From the IMG/VR virus record IMGVR_UViG_3300032087_002755: 64,000 nt of DNA; one strand, written 5' to 3'. The position numbers and the translations under genes are program-made. The notes below the pieces were generated by a model. The model was given only the letters and a program-made list of their open reading frames with translations, was not told the origin of the DNA and ran no database searches. The stretch comes from a virus. Positions 38,401 through 48,008 of the stretch are shown here, in pieces (the stretch's first letter is position 1; the number at the start of each line of letters is the position of its first letter).

Positions 38401-38582
38401 GGGGTGTAGGAATATAATCTCAGAGCGTCTTAGGGCGTTCCGAATATAATTACACACTTTAACACACTTCTACACACAAAATAATGGTATATGGGAGTAA
38501 TGTGAGAATAGTGAATAAATGGAGTTTGCTCGGTGTTGTTCGGGGAGCTTAAACACTTATTTAGTTGGGAGTCAAGAGCCTT

Positions 38583-38680
38583 GCGAACCCCTTTGCTGTA
38601 AGGGTTTCAGAGCATGTCTCTCAGCACGACCCCATATACCCCCTCCCCGCAAACCCAAGCACAGCAAGGGTTTCAGAGCA
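38583..38680. repeat. two direct copies of palindromic GC(G/A)AACCC-N9-AAGGGTTTCAGAGCA
   Basis: Copies at 38583-38614 and 38649-38680 (66-bp period). Confidence 0.8.
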
Positions 38681-38712
38681 CCTCAGAGAAACCTTCTGAG
38701 CCATACTGAGAC

Positions 38713-38742
38713 TTGACAATGACCCTCACTTTTTGTTATACT
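38713..38742 (+). promoter_or_regulatory. early promoter
   Basis: TTGACA-ATGACCCTCACTTTTTGT-TATACT. Confidence 0.8.
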
Positions 38743-38870
38743 ATGTCTATAATGAGGAAATACAAAGGAGACATTATGAAGACATTAAAGAAACACGGAC
38801 TACTGGACAAAGACTTCCTTCAAGGGATATCATTGTTCTTACTCCCTATAGTATTAAAGGTGATTATATA

Positions 38871-38996
38871 ATGTATGTGTTAACGATTAATGGTATTGTC
38901 TATCTGTATGATAATGAGAAAGACGCTCGTAAAGCCTTTCATGAGTCCGTTGCAAAGAATGGTCTTGATAATGTAAAGGTGACGTATAATGGTTGA
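38871..38996 (+). CDS. small early protein (41 aa)
   Basis: SD AAGGTGA; MYVLTINGIVYLYD... Confidence 0.5.
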   Translation: MYVLTINGIVYLYDNEKDARKAFHESVAKNGLDNVKVTYNG

Positions 38997-39234
38997 TTCA
39001 TATAACCTAACAGACGCTAACTGTATCATGGGTAAGTATCTTGCAACAGAGTGTCCCATTACCATTCAATTAACTAAACAGGAAATGGACTTAGCCACTA
39101 TGAAGACTGGAGATATTAATGCTTCATGGTATTCTATGTGTTGCTTAGTCCTTAGGCGAACGGGTGTAGAGATAATCGATAATATACACATTGATTACCT
39201 AGTGGTTAACGGAAATAAACGTAAATTCCACTAG
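38989..39234 (+). CDS. hypothetical early protein
   Basis: SD AAGGTGA; ORF track. Confidence 0.6.
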   Translation: MVDSYNLTDANCIMGKYLATECPITIQLTKQEMDLATMKTGDINASWYSMCCLVLRRTGVEIIDNIHIDYLVVNGNKRKFH

Positions 39235-39372
39235 ACACGAAGCCTGTTTTAGTGTATAATAGAGTTATATCACGAGATTTGACTAGGGAGTTGTATCGTG
39301 GATTGCTTTGAGAGAAGTCCCTAGGGTTGACACCACCGAGACAGTCCAAGGGGGAATGAGAAAGCCCCCTAC

Positions 39373-39402
39373 TTGACAATGGGTGTCGATAAATGTTATA
39401 CT
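39373..39402 (+). promoter_or_regulatory. early promoter
   Basis: TTGACA-ATGGGTGTCGATAAATGT-TATACT. Confidence 0.8.
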
Positions 39403-39588
39403 ATGAGTATAATGGGATAACTCGGCTACGTTTCCTACGAGGGCCTGAGAGACGTTCTAAGACGTTCTTTGAGGGGGTCAGTGGTGAGACATATCTGAGC
39501 AGCTCTGAGAACCTTAGAACAGTGCTGTGGGACTCCTAGGGGTTTTGTTAGTCGACTCAACCCCCCCTCAAATAGTTAACGGAGAGTG

Positions 39589-39721
39589 TATGCAAAGACT
39601 AATAAATTTTTTTCGGGGGTATTTTGACTCTCTCAGCTATTTTCGTATTATCCTCTATATAAGCCTGATTTGGTTTTTCACCTATACACTTATATGGGTT
39701 TATGTTATAATGACACTATGA
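39589..39721 (+). CDS. small membrane peptide (start approximate)
   Basis: SD GGAG before MQRLINFF; one TM helix. Confidence 0.45.
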
Positions 39722-39860
39722 ATATAATAATTAATGAAATTACAAATTTGAACAATATCGGCCTTGCAATCATACTCAGTTTTATGCTGGTCTGTTGTTA
39801 TGGGGTTTATTTAATACTCAATGACACTGAAGACTGAATATACACCGATATACTAGATTT

Positions 39861-40295
39861 ATGAAAACATGTACCAAATGCAATAAGACAAAACCTGCGA
39901 CTACTGAGTTCTTTCCAACAAGAGAGAAAGGAAACTTACGTGCAGACTGTAAGCTTTGTTATAATGCTTATATGAGAAGTATGAACTATAAGTATGCAAA
40001 GTCACATATGATAAATGATGCAAAGATTCGTGCAAAAAAGAAAGGTTTAGAGTTTGATTTAAACCCAAAAGATGTTATTTGGCCTACACATTGTCCTATA
40101 CTGGGAATAAAACTTGAACACAATAGAGGTACTTCCAAGGATAACTCTTACACTATTGATAGAATAGATAACACTAGAGGTTATACCATAGACAATATAC
40201 AGATTATATCTAAACTTGCAAACCAAATAAAAAATAGTGCAACTCCCGAACAAGTGTATACTGTAGGGAATTATATGATGGAAAACTATACGTGA
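39861..40295 (+). CDS. HNH-type endonuclease with N-terminal zinc finger
   Basis: CTKC...CKLC; CPILG; IDRIDNTRGYTIDNIQIIS..ANQIK. Confidence 0.85.
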   Translation: MKTCTKCNKTKPATTEFFPTREKGNLRADCKLCYNAYMRSMNYKYAKSHMINDAKIRAKKKGLEFDLNPKDVIWPTHCPILGIKLEHNRGTSKDNSYTIDRIDNTRGYTIDNIQIISKLANQIKNSATPEQVYTVGNYMMENYT

Positions 40296-41155
40296 GAGAG
40301 ACACCGACATATACACCTGTAGACCTCGTAGAAGGTATTCACTTTAAACGTGAAGACCTCTATGCACCTTATGGGGATTCTTTTATCAGTGGTGGTAAGA
40401 TACGTCAGTGTAGAGACCTAGTTGAGAGAAACTTAGATTATATTCGCACTGAGTGTGGTAATACTATCGCAACTGCAGCCTCTATACACAGTCCACAGTC
40501 CCCTATTGTTGCTAGAGTCGCACAAGAGTTTGATTTGAATTGCATTATAGGGTTTGGGAATACCACTGTCGAGAAGTCGTTAAAACAGATTCCTATGCAG
40601 TGGTGTCATGAACTGGGTGCAGAACTCGTAGTCTTATCTGAATCCCAAGGGTTCAACAACGTATTATATTCGAACTTAAATAAATTAAAGGAGACTAGAC
40701 CTTTCTTTCCCATACTCTTTGGGTATGCAGCTCAAACCCACCGTGAGAGTATTGTTGACCGTATCTCTGAACAGGTGCAGAACATACCTTCAAAATGCCG
40801 TGTCTTGTATGTACCAGTGGGGTCGGGTGTTACACTCGCAGGGGTCTTAGAAGGTCGTAGGAAGTATGGTGGGGACTTTGATATCGTAGGGTTACAACCG
40901 TTTGGGTATGACCGTGTCGGAACCGTGACGGGTATCTGCGAAGGTATGGTGCATGAATACGATTATGAGTTTCGTAAGGGTAATTATCCCTATGCAAAAC
41001 TCCACCCTCGTAATGTGGGGTCTATCGAATTGGATATGATATATGAATCTAAGGCCTTTGACATGGTGGATTGGAAAAAGAACGGTCACGAGTGTTATTG
41101 GATTATCGGTAATACAAATAAATTAAGGAGAGGCTATAATGAGTCCAAAGTTTGA
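40292..41155 (+). CDS. PLP-dependent fold-type II enzyme (ACC deaminase/D-cysteine desulfhydrase-like)
   Basis: FKREDL, SGGKIRQ (PLP Lys), VPVGSGVTLAG, LDMIYESK. Confidence 0.85.
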   Translation: MRETPTYTPVDLVEGIHFKREDLYAPYGDSFISGGKIRQCRDLVERNLDYIRTECGNTIATAASIHSPQSPIVARVAQEFDLNCIIGFGNTTVEKSLKQIPMQWCHELGAELVVLSESQGFNNVLYSNLNKLKETRPFFPILFGYAAQTHRESIVDRISEQVQNIPSKCRVLYVPVGSGVTLAGVLEGRRKYGGDFDIVGLQPFGYDRVGTVTGICEGMVHEYDYEFRKGNYPYAKLHPRNVGSIELDMIYESKAFDMVDWKKNGHECYWIIGNTNKLRRGYNESKV

Positions 41156-41435
41156 CGAAAAAGAATTAAAAAACAGTAATAGAATATTTAAATCCTCGAC
41201 ACCTAAATACACTACAGATTGGTATGTCAAGTGGACTTCGAGTTTCTTCATATTAATCTCTATGAGTATGCGAGGTATCGAAGGTTTACAGTTTTTAGAC
41301 CTTTGTTTCTCACTGATAGGTGTCACAGGTTGGTTAATTGTTGGGGTTTTATGGAAAGACCGTGCGTTAATCCTCCTTAACGGTGTCGGTGTCGCATTAT
41401 TATTAAGAACATTATTACAAACATTATACTTATGA
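41139..41435 (+). CDS. small multi-pass membrane protein
   Basis: DWYVKW...GVTGWLIVGVLWKDRALILLN. Confidence 0.75.
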   Translation: MSPKFDEKELKNSNRIFKSSTPKYTTDWYVKWTSSFFILISMSMRGIEGLQFLDLCFSLIGVTGWLIVGVLWKDRALILLNGVGVALLLRTLLQTLYL

Positions 41436-41665
41436 TAGAATTTATATTTGTTGATTTATTGACATTACCTTTTAATATATTCGTTTGGGTACTCAAATAC
41501 TTTGGCTCTTTGTTGTTTTGGGTTGCACTGGTGTCGTACCTATGGAGTGTTCGAAGTCAGCTAGGGGATTGGTTATCGGATAAGTTTACTTCGTTCAGTG
41601 ACCGTCTCAGACGTTCTAAGAAGGATACAGACACCCTTAACGACATTGACGATTATATTCTATGA
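41432..41665 (+). CDS. small membrane protein
   Basis: ATGA coupling; hydrophobic N-half. Confidence 0.6.
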   Translation: MIEFIFVDLLTLPFNIFVWVLKYFGSLLFWVALVSYLWSVRSQLGDWLSDKFTSFSDRLRRSKKDTDTLNDIDDYIL

Positions 41666-41687
41666 ACTGGGGACACTAAATACTATT

Positions 41688-41873
41688 ATGGAAACAAATT
41701 TAATACTTATACACATTCTCTTTATTGGTGCATGTGTTTATTTCTCACACCGAAGTGGTTACAAGTCGGGTCAGAAAGAATTATTCAACGACTTAACCAA
41801 AGAAGTAGTCAACGTGGTTGAACTTAAAGAACAAATTAAAAAAAGAATTAAAGAAGAAGAAGCAAAACTTTAA
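41688..41873 (+). CDS. small membrane-anchored protein
   Basis: ATG 5 nt after ACTAAATA; TM helix then GYKSG. Confidence 0.6.
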   Translation: METNLILIHILFIGACVYFSHRSGYKSGQKELFNDLTKEVVNVVELKEQIKKRIKEEEAKL

Positions 41874-41891
41874 TATAACAGGAAATATATT

Positions 41892-43142
41892 ATGAAAATC
41901 GTTGGAATCAATTCAAGTCACGACACGTCTTTGTGTCAGTACGATACCGAAACTAAATCACTAGACTTTATGCACGAAGAAGACCGTTTTCGTAGACACA
42001 AATACTGGTCACCTTCACACGTCCCTACCATTGACGGTGAACCCGACGCACAATATCACCCCGACACCCTTACGTGTATCTACAAAGGTGGTGTTGAGGT
42101 TCCCGATAAGCTGGTCTTTGCAAGTTACGATAGACGTTCACAAAACATAGAACTCGACAGTGACGCATTACTCAGAGACCGTGCATTGTCGATTGAGATT
42201 GCAAAATATATTAAGGAAGAACCTTTTAACAATGTTCGAATGAATGCGTTCCAAGACAAATATGCAGACGTGGTTAAAGGTTCGGGTGCGGGTGGTATTA
42301 ATGAGGAAATGCAAATTCATGATTCCTTTGCAAATCAATTTCAAGGTTTAAACAATTATTACTTTTGGTACGAACACCACTTGTATCACGCCTATTGTGG
42401 TTATCACTTAAGTCCTTATATTGCAGACGGTGAGACTGCCATTGCAATCGTGTGGGACGGTGGTGGTGCTAGACTTGGTTGGGATAGAGGTTGGGACGGT
42501 TATCAAGAAATCGAATCTATCTATCGTATGGAACATGGTAAAGTTGCACAACGTCAATGGGTGTTGTCAAGTAATCACCGTTTTCTAGGTGACCTCAAAG
42601 GTGAACACTTCCCAAATCAAATGGACGGTGAACTGGATTACACGGGTGCCAACATAATCGAAACCATTGACGGTGTGGATTATGAATATACGTCACGTGC
42701 AAGTAACGGTATGGACTTCTCTAATATGTCACATGCGTTAGGGTGTGATGACTTTGGTCGTGCCGCAGGTAAGGTCATGGGTATGGCTTCTTACGGTGTT
42801 GTAGGAACCCCCGAACAAAGACGTTTCAATAAGTTTGCACTTGCACAAGAATTAGAACTTCATGCGTTTGAACATTCATGTAACACCATACAAAAAGCAA
42901 TCGATTTAAATCCCGACTGTAAGAATATTTTGTTAAGTGGTGGTTACAGTTTGAACTGCACCAACAACTACAAATACCTCAGTCGTTTTCCCGACCACCA
43001 ATTTTACGTAGACCCTATTCCCCATGACGGTGGAACTGCGTTTGGTGCGTGTATTCACCTTGAGTACCTACTGGAAGAATCTAAGATTGACGAACCAACA
43101 AATATAAATGGAGAGAGTGATGATACTAACGGAGATACATAG
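41892..43142 (+). CDS. carbamoyltransferase (CmcH/NodU) N-terminal Kae1-like domain
   Basis: IVGINSSHD, EEDRF.R.K, EHHLYHA, VWDGGG, AGKVMGMASYG, SGGYSLNC, PHDGGTAFG. Confidence 0.9.
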   Translation: MKIVGINSSHDTSLCQYDTETKSLDFMHEEDRFRRHKYWSPSHVPTIDGEPDAQYHPDTLTCIYKGGVEVPDKLVFASYDRRSQNIELDSDALLRDRALSIEIAKYIKEEPFNNVRMNAFQDKYADVVKGSGAGGINEEMQIHDSFANQFQGLNNYYFWYEHHLYHAYCGYHLSPYIADGETAIAIVWDGGGARLGWDRGWDGYQEIESIYRMEHGKVAQRQWVLSSNHRFLGDLKGEHFPNQMDGELDYTGANIIETIDGVDYEYTSRASNGMDFSNMSHALGCDDFGRAAGKVMGMASYGVVGTPEQRRFNKFALAQELELHAFEHSCNTIQKAIDLNPDCKNILLSGGYSLNCTNNYKYLSRFPDHQFYVDPIPHDGGTAFGACIHLEYLLEESKIDEPTNINGESDDTNGDT

Positions 43143-43737
43143 AAATTTAGATGACGTACTGTCACAACTGATTGAGAACCAACAGATAGTTGCAATCTTT
43201 CAAAATGCTTCCGAGTGGGGGCCTCGTGCATTGGGTAATCGTAGTATACTCTTTGACCCAAGAAACAGTCATGCAAAACAAATTGTCAATGCAGTTAAGA
43301 AACGTGAAGACTATCGTCCTTTCGCAGGAACGGTTCTGTTAGAACATGCACATGAATATTTTGAAATGTTACAACTCAAAGAATCACCGAACATGTCTTT
43401 TGCAATTCAAGCGAAACAAAAAGCCTATGACGAGATTCCTAGTTTGGTTCATGCAGACGGAACCTGTAGAATTCAAACAGTGACCGAAGAACAGAATCCA
43501 AACTATTATAATTTGATTAAAGGGTTTGGTGATTTAACAGGAACACCGATTATCTTTAACACTTCATTTAACCTCGGTGGTGAAGCACTGGTCGAGAATA
43601 TCTTTGATGCAATATCTACATGTAATCGTTCAGAGATAAATCACTTGTATGTTCCCGAAGACCAAGACGTAACCATTCCATACGAACTGGTTAAAGACAA
43701 AAGAAAAAACTATCCACCCAGTCATCTCAACGATTAA
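43120..43737 (+). CDS. carbamoyltransferase C-terminal YrdC-like domain
   Basis: SEWGPRALGNRSIL, KKREDYRPFA, HADGTCRIQTV, NTSFN; own SD GGAGA. Confidence 0.92.
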   Translation: MILTEIHRNLDDVLSQLIENQQIVAIFQNASEWGPRALGNRSILFDPRNSHAKQIVNAVKKREDYRPFAGTVLLEHAHEYFEMLQLKESPNMSFAIQAKQKAYDEIPSLVHADGTCRIQTVTEEQNPNYYNLIKGFGDLTGTPIIFNTSFNLGGEALVENIFDAISTCNRSEINHLYVPEDQDVTIPYELVKDKRKNYPPSHLND

Positions 43738-43750
43738 TATAAATACTTCT

Positions 43751-44077
43751 ATGATAGAAGTTTCAGACATTGCAATAGAAAAACTACTAGAGAGAAATGT
43801 ATCAAGTGTAAGACTTGGTGTCACTGGTGGTGGTTGTGCTGGTTACGAATATGTTTTTGCAGAAGATACTATTAGAGAAGGTGACGAAGTCATAGACTAT
43901 GGTAAGTTTTCTTTTCTTATAGATAAGAATAGTCAACCCTTTTTAGAAGGTATGACACTAGATTATATTAAAGAAGGAATAAACGAATTTTTTAAATTTA
44001 TAAATCCTAATGAACAATCCAGTTGTGGTTGTGGAGTGAGTGTGCAATTCAATGAAAACATCATCAGCAAAAGCTAA
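43751..44077 (+). CDS. iscA: A-type Fe-S carrier (IscA/HesB)
   Basis: VRLGVTGGGCAGYEY, NPN...CGCGVS. Confidence 0.92.
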   Translation: MIEVSDIAIEKLLERNVSSVRLGVTGGGCAGYEYVFAEDTIREGDEVIDYGKFSFLIDKNSQPFLEGMTLDYIKEGINEFFKFINPNEQSSCGCGVSVQFNENIISKS

Positions 44078-44393
44078 AGGTCGTAAATTACAACAGTGGT
44101 TTGCAAACGTTCTAGTGGAGACACTAGGACTGGACGAAGAAGATATCGAATCAAGACCAATGGGTTCACAAGGTGAAGACATTATTCTTGGAAAACAATC
44201 TAGACAATTATTTCCTTTTAGTGTAGAATGTAAGAATCAAGAAGCAGTTAATGTATGGAAAGCATACGAACAAGCTTCTGAAAACTGCAAAGGGTATGAA
44301 CCCCTTGTAGTCATAAAAAGGAATCGTACCAAACCCCTAGTGGTTATGGACGCACAAAAATTTGTTGAACTATTAAAAATACATGAGGAATAA
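44052..44393 (+). CDS. PD-(D/E)xK nuclease, Holliday-junction-resolvase-like
   Basis: SAKAKGR, GEDII, SVECKNQE. Confidence 0.75.
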   Translation: MKTSSAKAKGRKLQQWFANVLVETLGLDEEDIESRPMGSQGEDIILGKQSRQLFPFSVECKNQEAVNVWKAYEQASENCKGYEPLVVIKRNRTKPLVVMDAQKFVELLKIHEE

Positions 44394-45810
44394 AAACTTG
44401 TTATCTTTTAACGAACTCATCTCGGAAGAGAAGAAGAATGATACACCCTATCGACTTGTAGTTATTGCAGAACGTCGCATGGTAAAAAAGGCCAAGAAGA
44501 ATTCAGACAAACCCGTAGTTAAAAAACCTAGTTCCACTTCCAGTAAACTTTACAACCTTGCAAAAGAACGTGGGTGTGAAGTGTATAGTGTTAAAGTGAA
44601 TGGTGCATACATTGAACGTTCAGACGATGGTGTAATCACCGTACACAACCAAGACGATAAGAAAGGTTTTGAATTAGATGCAGATACACTTGTTATGGTT
44701 CGTGGTGCTGTTACAGCAAAAGATTCCTACTTAGATTTAATTAGTCAGATAGAAAGATACGGATTCCCTGTAGTCAATTCAAGGGAGTGTATCGAAGTAT
44801 GTGCAGATAAGTTTAGAACGTATTTGCGATTACAGGAAATCGGAATGAACCAACCTAAAACAGTTTTGGTTCCAAACGAAGACCCCGAGACTGTAGACTT
44901 AGCTGCAGAAAGACTCGACAACGACTTCCCAATGGTTCTAAAGACACTTCAAGGTGCAAAGGGAGTTGGTGTATTGCTTGTGGAAACGGAACGTTCTCTG
45001 CAGTCTACAGTGAGTCTAGTGTATAAGATTGACCCTAATTGTGATATCCTTTTACAGGAGTATATCGACATGGAATATGATGTCCGTGTTATGATAAACA
45101 ATAAAAGAATTATTGGTGCAATGAAACGTAAGAAAATCATTGACGACTTCCGTTCTAATATTTCACAAGGTGCAGAAGCAGAAGAAATCGAACTAACAGA
45201 TTTAGAAAAAGAAGCTTGTCTTATCGCTGCAAAAGCAGTAAACGGTCAATGGGTTGGTGTTGACTTTATTCCTGCGGATAACAGAGAGAAAGATGCACCT
45301 TATATTTTAGAGGTCAACCAGTCGCCTGGGTCACAAGGAATCTCAGAAGCAATCGGTGAAGAAGTTTGTGAGATTGTCATAGACGATTACTTCGACAGAA
45401 ACATATGGAAGAAGAGTGCAACAGAATGTGGTGTTCTCGAGTCCATAGAGGTCGATGGTGAGACGATGACTGCTAAGCTAGACACTGGGAACAGTGCAAA
45501 GGCATGTGCCCTTCACGCAGACGAATATGAGATTAAAGGTAAGGTCGTTCACTTCACTCGTGACGGTAAAAAATATAAGAAACCTCTAATCAGAGAACTT
45601 ACATTATTGAAACCTGCCGAAACTAGACCAGTGGTGATGTGTGAGTTAAACTTCTTAAATACTATATATGAACAGGAAGTCAGTTTAGACCAAAGAGGTA
45701 AAATCCCTTTTCTTGCAAATAGAGATTTTATGAATCGTGCAAACTTAATGATTAACCCGTCTAGGAAATTCCTATTGACAAACAAACACGACACTTCTGA
45801 AGAGGACTAG
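44383..45810 (+). CDS. rimK: RimK-like ATP-grasp ligase fused to RimB-like retropepsin-type protease
   Basis: DKFRT, LKTLQGAKGVGV, LQEYI, DVRV, FRSNISQG, GVDFI, LEVNQSPG; then AKLDTGN, RPVV, ANRDFM. Confidence 0.88.
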   Translation: MRNKNLLSFNELISEEKKNDTPYRLVVIAERRMVKKAKKNSDKPVVKKPSSTSSKLYNLAKERGCEVYSVKVNGAYIERSDDGVITVHNQDDKKGFELDADTLVMVRGAVTAKDSYLDLISQIERYGFPVVNSRECIEVCADKFRTYLRLQEIGMNQPKTVLVPNEDPETVDLAAERLDNDFPMVLKTLQGAKGVGVLLVETERSLQSTVSLVYKIDPNCDILLQEYIDMEYDVRVMINNKRIIGAMKRKKIIDDFRSNISQGAEAEEIELTDLEKEACLIAAKAVNGQWVGVDFIPADNREKDAPYILEVNQSPGSQGISEAIGEEVCEIVIDDYFDRNIWKKSATECGVLESIEVDGETMTAKLDTGNSAKACALHADEYEIKGKVVHFTRDGKKYKKPLIRELTLLKPAETRPVVMCELNFLNTIYEQEVSLDQRGKIPFLANRDFMNRANLMINPSRKFLLTNKHDTSEED

Positions 45811-45811
45811 C

Positions 45812-45841
45812 TTGACAATGACTTAAACTTTTTGTTATACT
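45812..45841 (+). promoter_or_regulatory. early promoter (ATG 6 nt after -10)
   Basis: TTGACA-ATGACTTAAACTTTTTGT-TATACT. Confidence 0.8.
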
Positions 45842-45847
45842 TTGTTT

Positions 45848-46555
45848 ATGAATACAAAACCAACAATCCAAGAACGAATGCAGAACAAGGCAGAACTTGC
45901 CTTGATAGAAGTTGAAGCCCAAATAGATAACCTTATGGATAAGAAGTCGACAAACTTCTCCATGCACAAATATCTTAAACAATTAGATTACAGTGGAAAG
46001 GTCGTTAAGTATATGAAAGGGTTCACTGAAGAAATGGTTTACGAGTTAGAAAACAAAGAAGAGTGTGAACAGTTAACTGAAGCATATAACTTTCTAACTG
46101 CAACACAAAAGAAGAAAGTCATTAAGATACTCAAAGGGTTTGAATCTGATATTGACAAGTATGTTGCAGAATACAAACCCATACGTAAAGCTCCTAAACC
46201 TAAAACACCTAAACAATTAGTTAAGACACTACCCTATCTTAAACAACACGGTAAGTATCATTCTATAGACCCCGAAGAAATTATTCGTGCAACACACTTG
46301 TTCACTTATAATGTTGCAAGTAAGAAGTTTACTAAGTTTGAAACATGGGGTGGACTATCCGTTAAAGGTTCACGAATCATTGATTATGATTCATGTCAAG
46401 AAAAGACCTTGACAGATACCAAGTTACTTGATAGAATATATAAAGGTGGTAATATAATTGCAAAGAACTTCATAGATGAGATTCCACGCTCCAAGTTAAA
46501 AGACGGAAACGATTTACTTACTAAAAATACATTATTAATAAAAGTGATTAAATGA
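45848..46555 (+). CDS. conserved T4-like phage protein upstream of RNase H
   Basis: PTIQERM, QLTEAY, SIDPEEII, GLSVKGS. Confidence 0.75.
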   Translation: MNTKPTIQERMQNKAELALIEVEAQIDNLMDKKSTNFSMHKYLKQLDYSGKVVKYMKGFTEEMVYELENKEECEQLTEAYNFLTATQKKKVIKILKGFESDIDKYVAEYKPIRKAPKPKTPKQLVKTLPYLKQHGKYHSIDPEEIIRATHLFTYNVASKKFTKFETWGGLSVKGSRIIDYDSCQEKTLTDTKLLDRIYKGGNIIAKNFIDEIPRSKLKDGNDLLTKNTLLIKVIK

Positions 46556-47388
46556 TACTAATAGATTTTACTCAGACCATAATTGCTGGTCTGATGGTTC
46601 AACTCAAGTTGAATGACGGACAATTAAGTGAAGACAAACTTAGACCTATGATAATTAATTCCATTCGGAATTATCAAAAGAAATATGCAAGAGACTATGG
46701 AGAGATTGTTCTTTGTACGGACGCTGCAAATCCTTGGAGACGTGACTACTTCCCCAACTACAAAGCAAACAGAAAGAAACTCAGAGAAGAAGACGATAAG
46801 GATTGGGGTGTAATCTTTAATACACTACAGATTATCAAAGACGAACTCAGAGATAACTTCCCATACCGTTACATGTATGTGGAGAATTGTGAAGCAGACG
46901 ATATCATTGCAATATTATCAAAACATATAACGGAAGACATACTTATCATTAGTGGTGATAAAGACTTCCAACAATTACAATCATTCGACCATGTTGCACA
47001 ATGGTCACCTAATCTAAACAAACAAGTAATATGTGAAGACCCTAACCTATTCCTAAGAGAACATATTCTCACTGGTGATAAGTCAGACGGGATACCTAAT
47101 ATCCTATCCAGTGACGATTGTATGGTAGAAGGGATTAGACAAACACCATTACGTAAACCAATCAAAGATAAGTACCTCAGAATATCGATTGAAAATGACG
47201 ATAAATACTATAGGAACTATCTAAGAAATCAAACATTAATTGACTTCGAATTTATCCCACAAGATATAGAAGATAGAATTTTAAGTGAATTTGAAAACAC
47301 TGCACCCGTTAAAGGTAAAGTGTTTGACTACCTAAGAACTCATAGACTAAATGAGTTGTTAGACAACATAGGAGATTTTTCGTTATGA
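46552..47388 (+). CDS. rnh: T4-type RNase H / 5'-3' flap exonuclease
   Basis: ILIDF, WRRDYFPNYKANR, EADDIIA, SGDKDFQQL, GDKSDGIPN. Confidence 0.95.
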   Translation: MILIDFTQTIIAGLMVQLKLNDGQLSEDKLRPMIINSIRNYQKKYARDYGEIVLCTDAANPWRRDYFPNYKANRKKLREEDDKDWGVIFNTLQIIKDELRDNFPYRYMYVENCEADDIIAILSKHITEDILIISGDKDFQQLQSFDHVAQWSPNLNKQVICEDPNLFLREHILTGDKSDGIPNILSSDDCMVEGIRQTPLRKPIKDKYLRISIENDDKYYRNYLRNQTLIDFEFIPQDIEDRILSEFENTAPVKGKVFDYLRTHRLNELLDNIGDFSL

Positions 47389-47903
47389 CGGAAGAGAAAA
47401 AAAGAGGAAGGGGTAGACCGAAAGGAGCTCCCAATAAACCAAAGTTAGAATTGGTCACCGAAAGAAAAGAGTTGACTAAAGATGCAGACGTATATGAAAT
47501 ACTATGTCAAGCAGAACTTGTTGCAGAAGAATCACCCGACCTTGCAGTTCAAGGACTACAAGTCTTTGGTGAAAGAAACGGTGCAGTAAGATTTTTATTA
47601 CAGTGGGTATTTGACGACAACATTAAGTCAACACTACCCGAAGGTAAGACACCTTACAATTCAGACGATGCACCTGCGACAGACCTTGCACCAACAAGTC
47701 TTAGATTTGAAGTAAGGTTGTTTAAATATTTTGTAACAGAAGAAGTTGCAGAAGCTCGTAGAGAGACAATGTGGATTCAACTGTTAGAAGGGATACCAAA
47801 GAAAGAAGCAGAGTTAATGGATTTGGTAAAAGACAAGATATGGCCTTTCAAAAATATCACTAAAGATATTGCACAAAAAGCCTTTCCCGAACACATAAAA
47901 TAA
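47385..47903 (+). CDS. conserved T4-like phage protein with N-terminal AT-hook
   Basis: RGRGRPKG; LPEGKTPY; RRETMWIQLLEGI. Confidence 0.75.
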   Translation: MTEEKKRGRGRPKGAPNKPKLELVTERKELTKDADVYEILCQAELVAEESPDLAVQGLQVFGERNGAVRFLLQWVFDDNIKSTLPEGKTPYNSDDAPATDLAPTSLRFEVRLFKYFVTEEVAEARRETMWIQLLEGIPKKEAELMDLVKDKIWPFKNITKDIAQKAFPEHIK

Positions 47904-48008
47904 ATAAATATTAATGTCCTCAGAGACTATACATATTATAAAGGAAAGTTATTATTCTTTCCAATGTGTAAAACTTTCTAGTCGAGTAGGACTCCATGGA
48001 GTTATATA

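Noticed and set aside
38583-38680. AACCC...AAGGGTTTCAG repeats as a CRISPR array or leader
   Set aside because: Only two copies, differing internally; no array of identical repeats with spacers and no cas operon. The Cas4-like exonuclease at 57250 is a common T4-like gene
38519-38716. 65-aa + strand ORF
   Set aside because: Runs through the repeat/hairpin tract, has atypical composition and no convincing SD
41892-43737. Carbamoyltransferase as a frameshifted pseudogene
   Set aside because: The split falls at the domain boundary, both halves keep their motifs, and the second has its own SD and ATG
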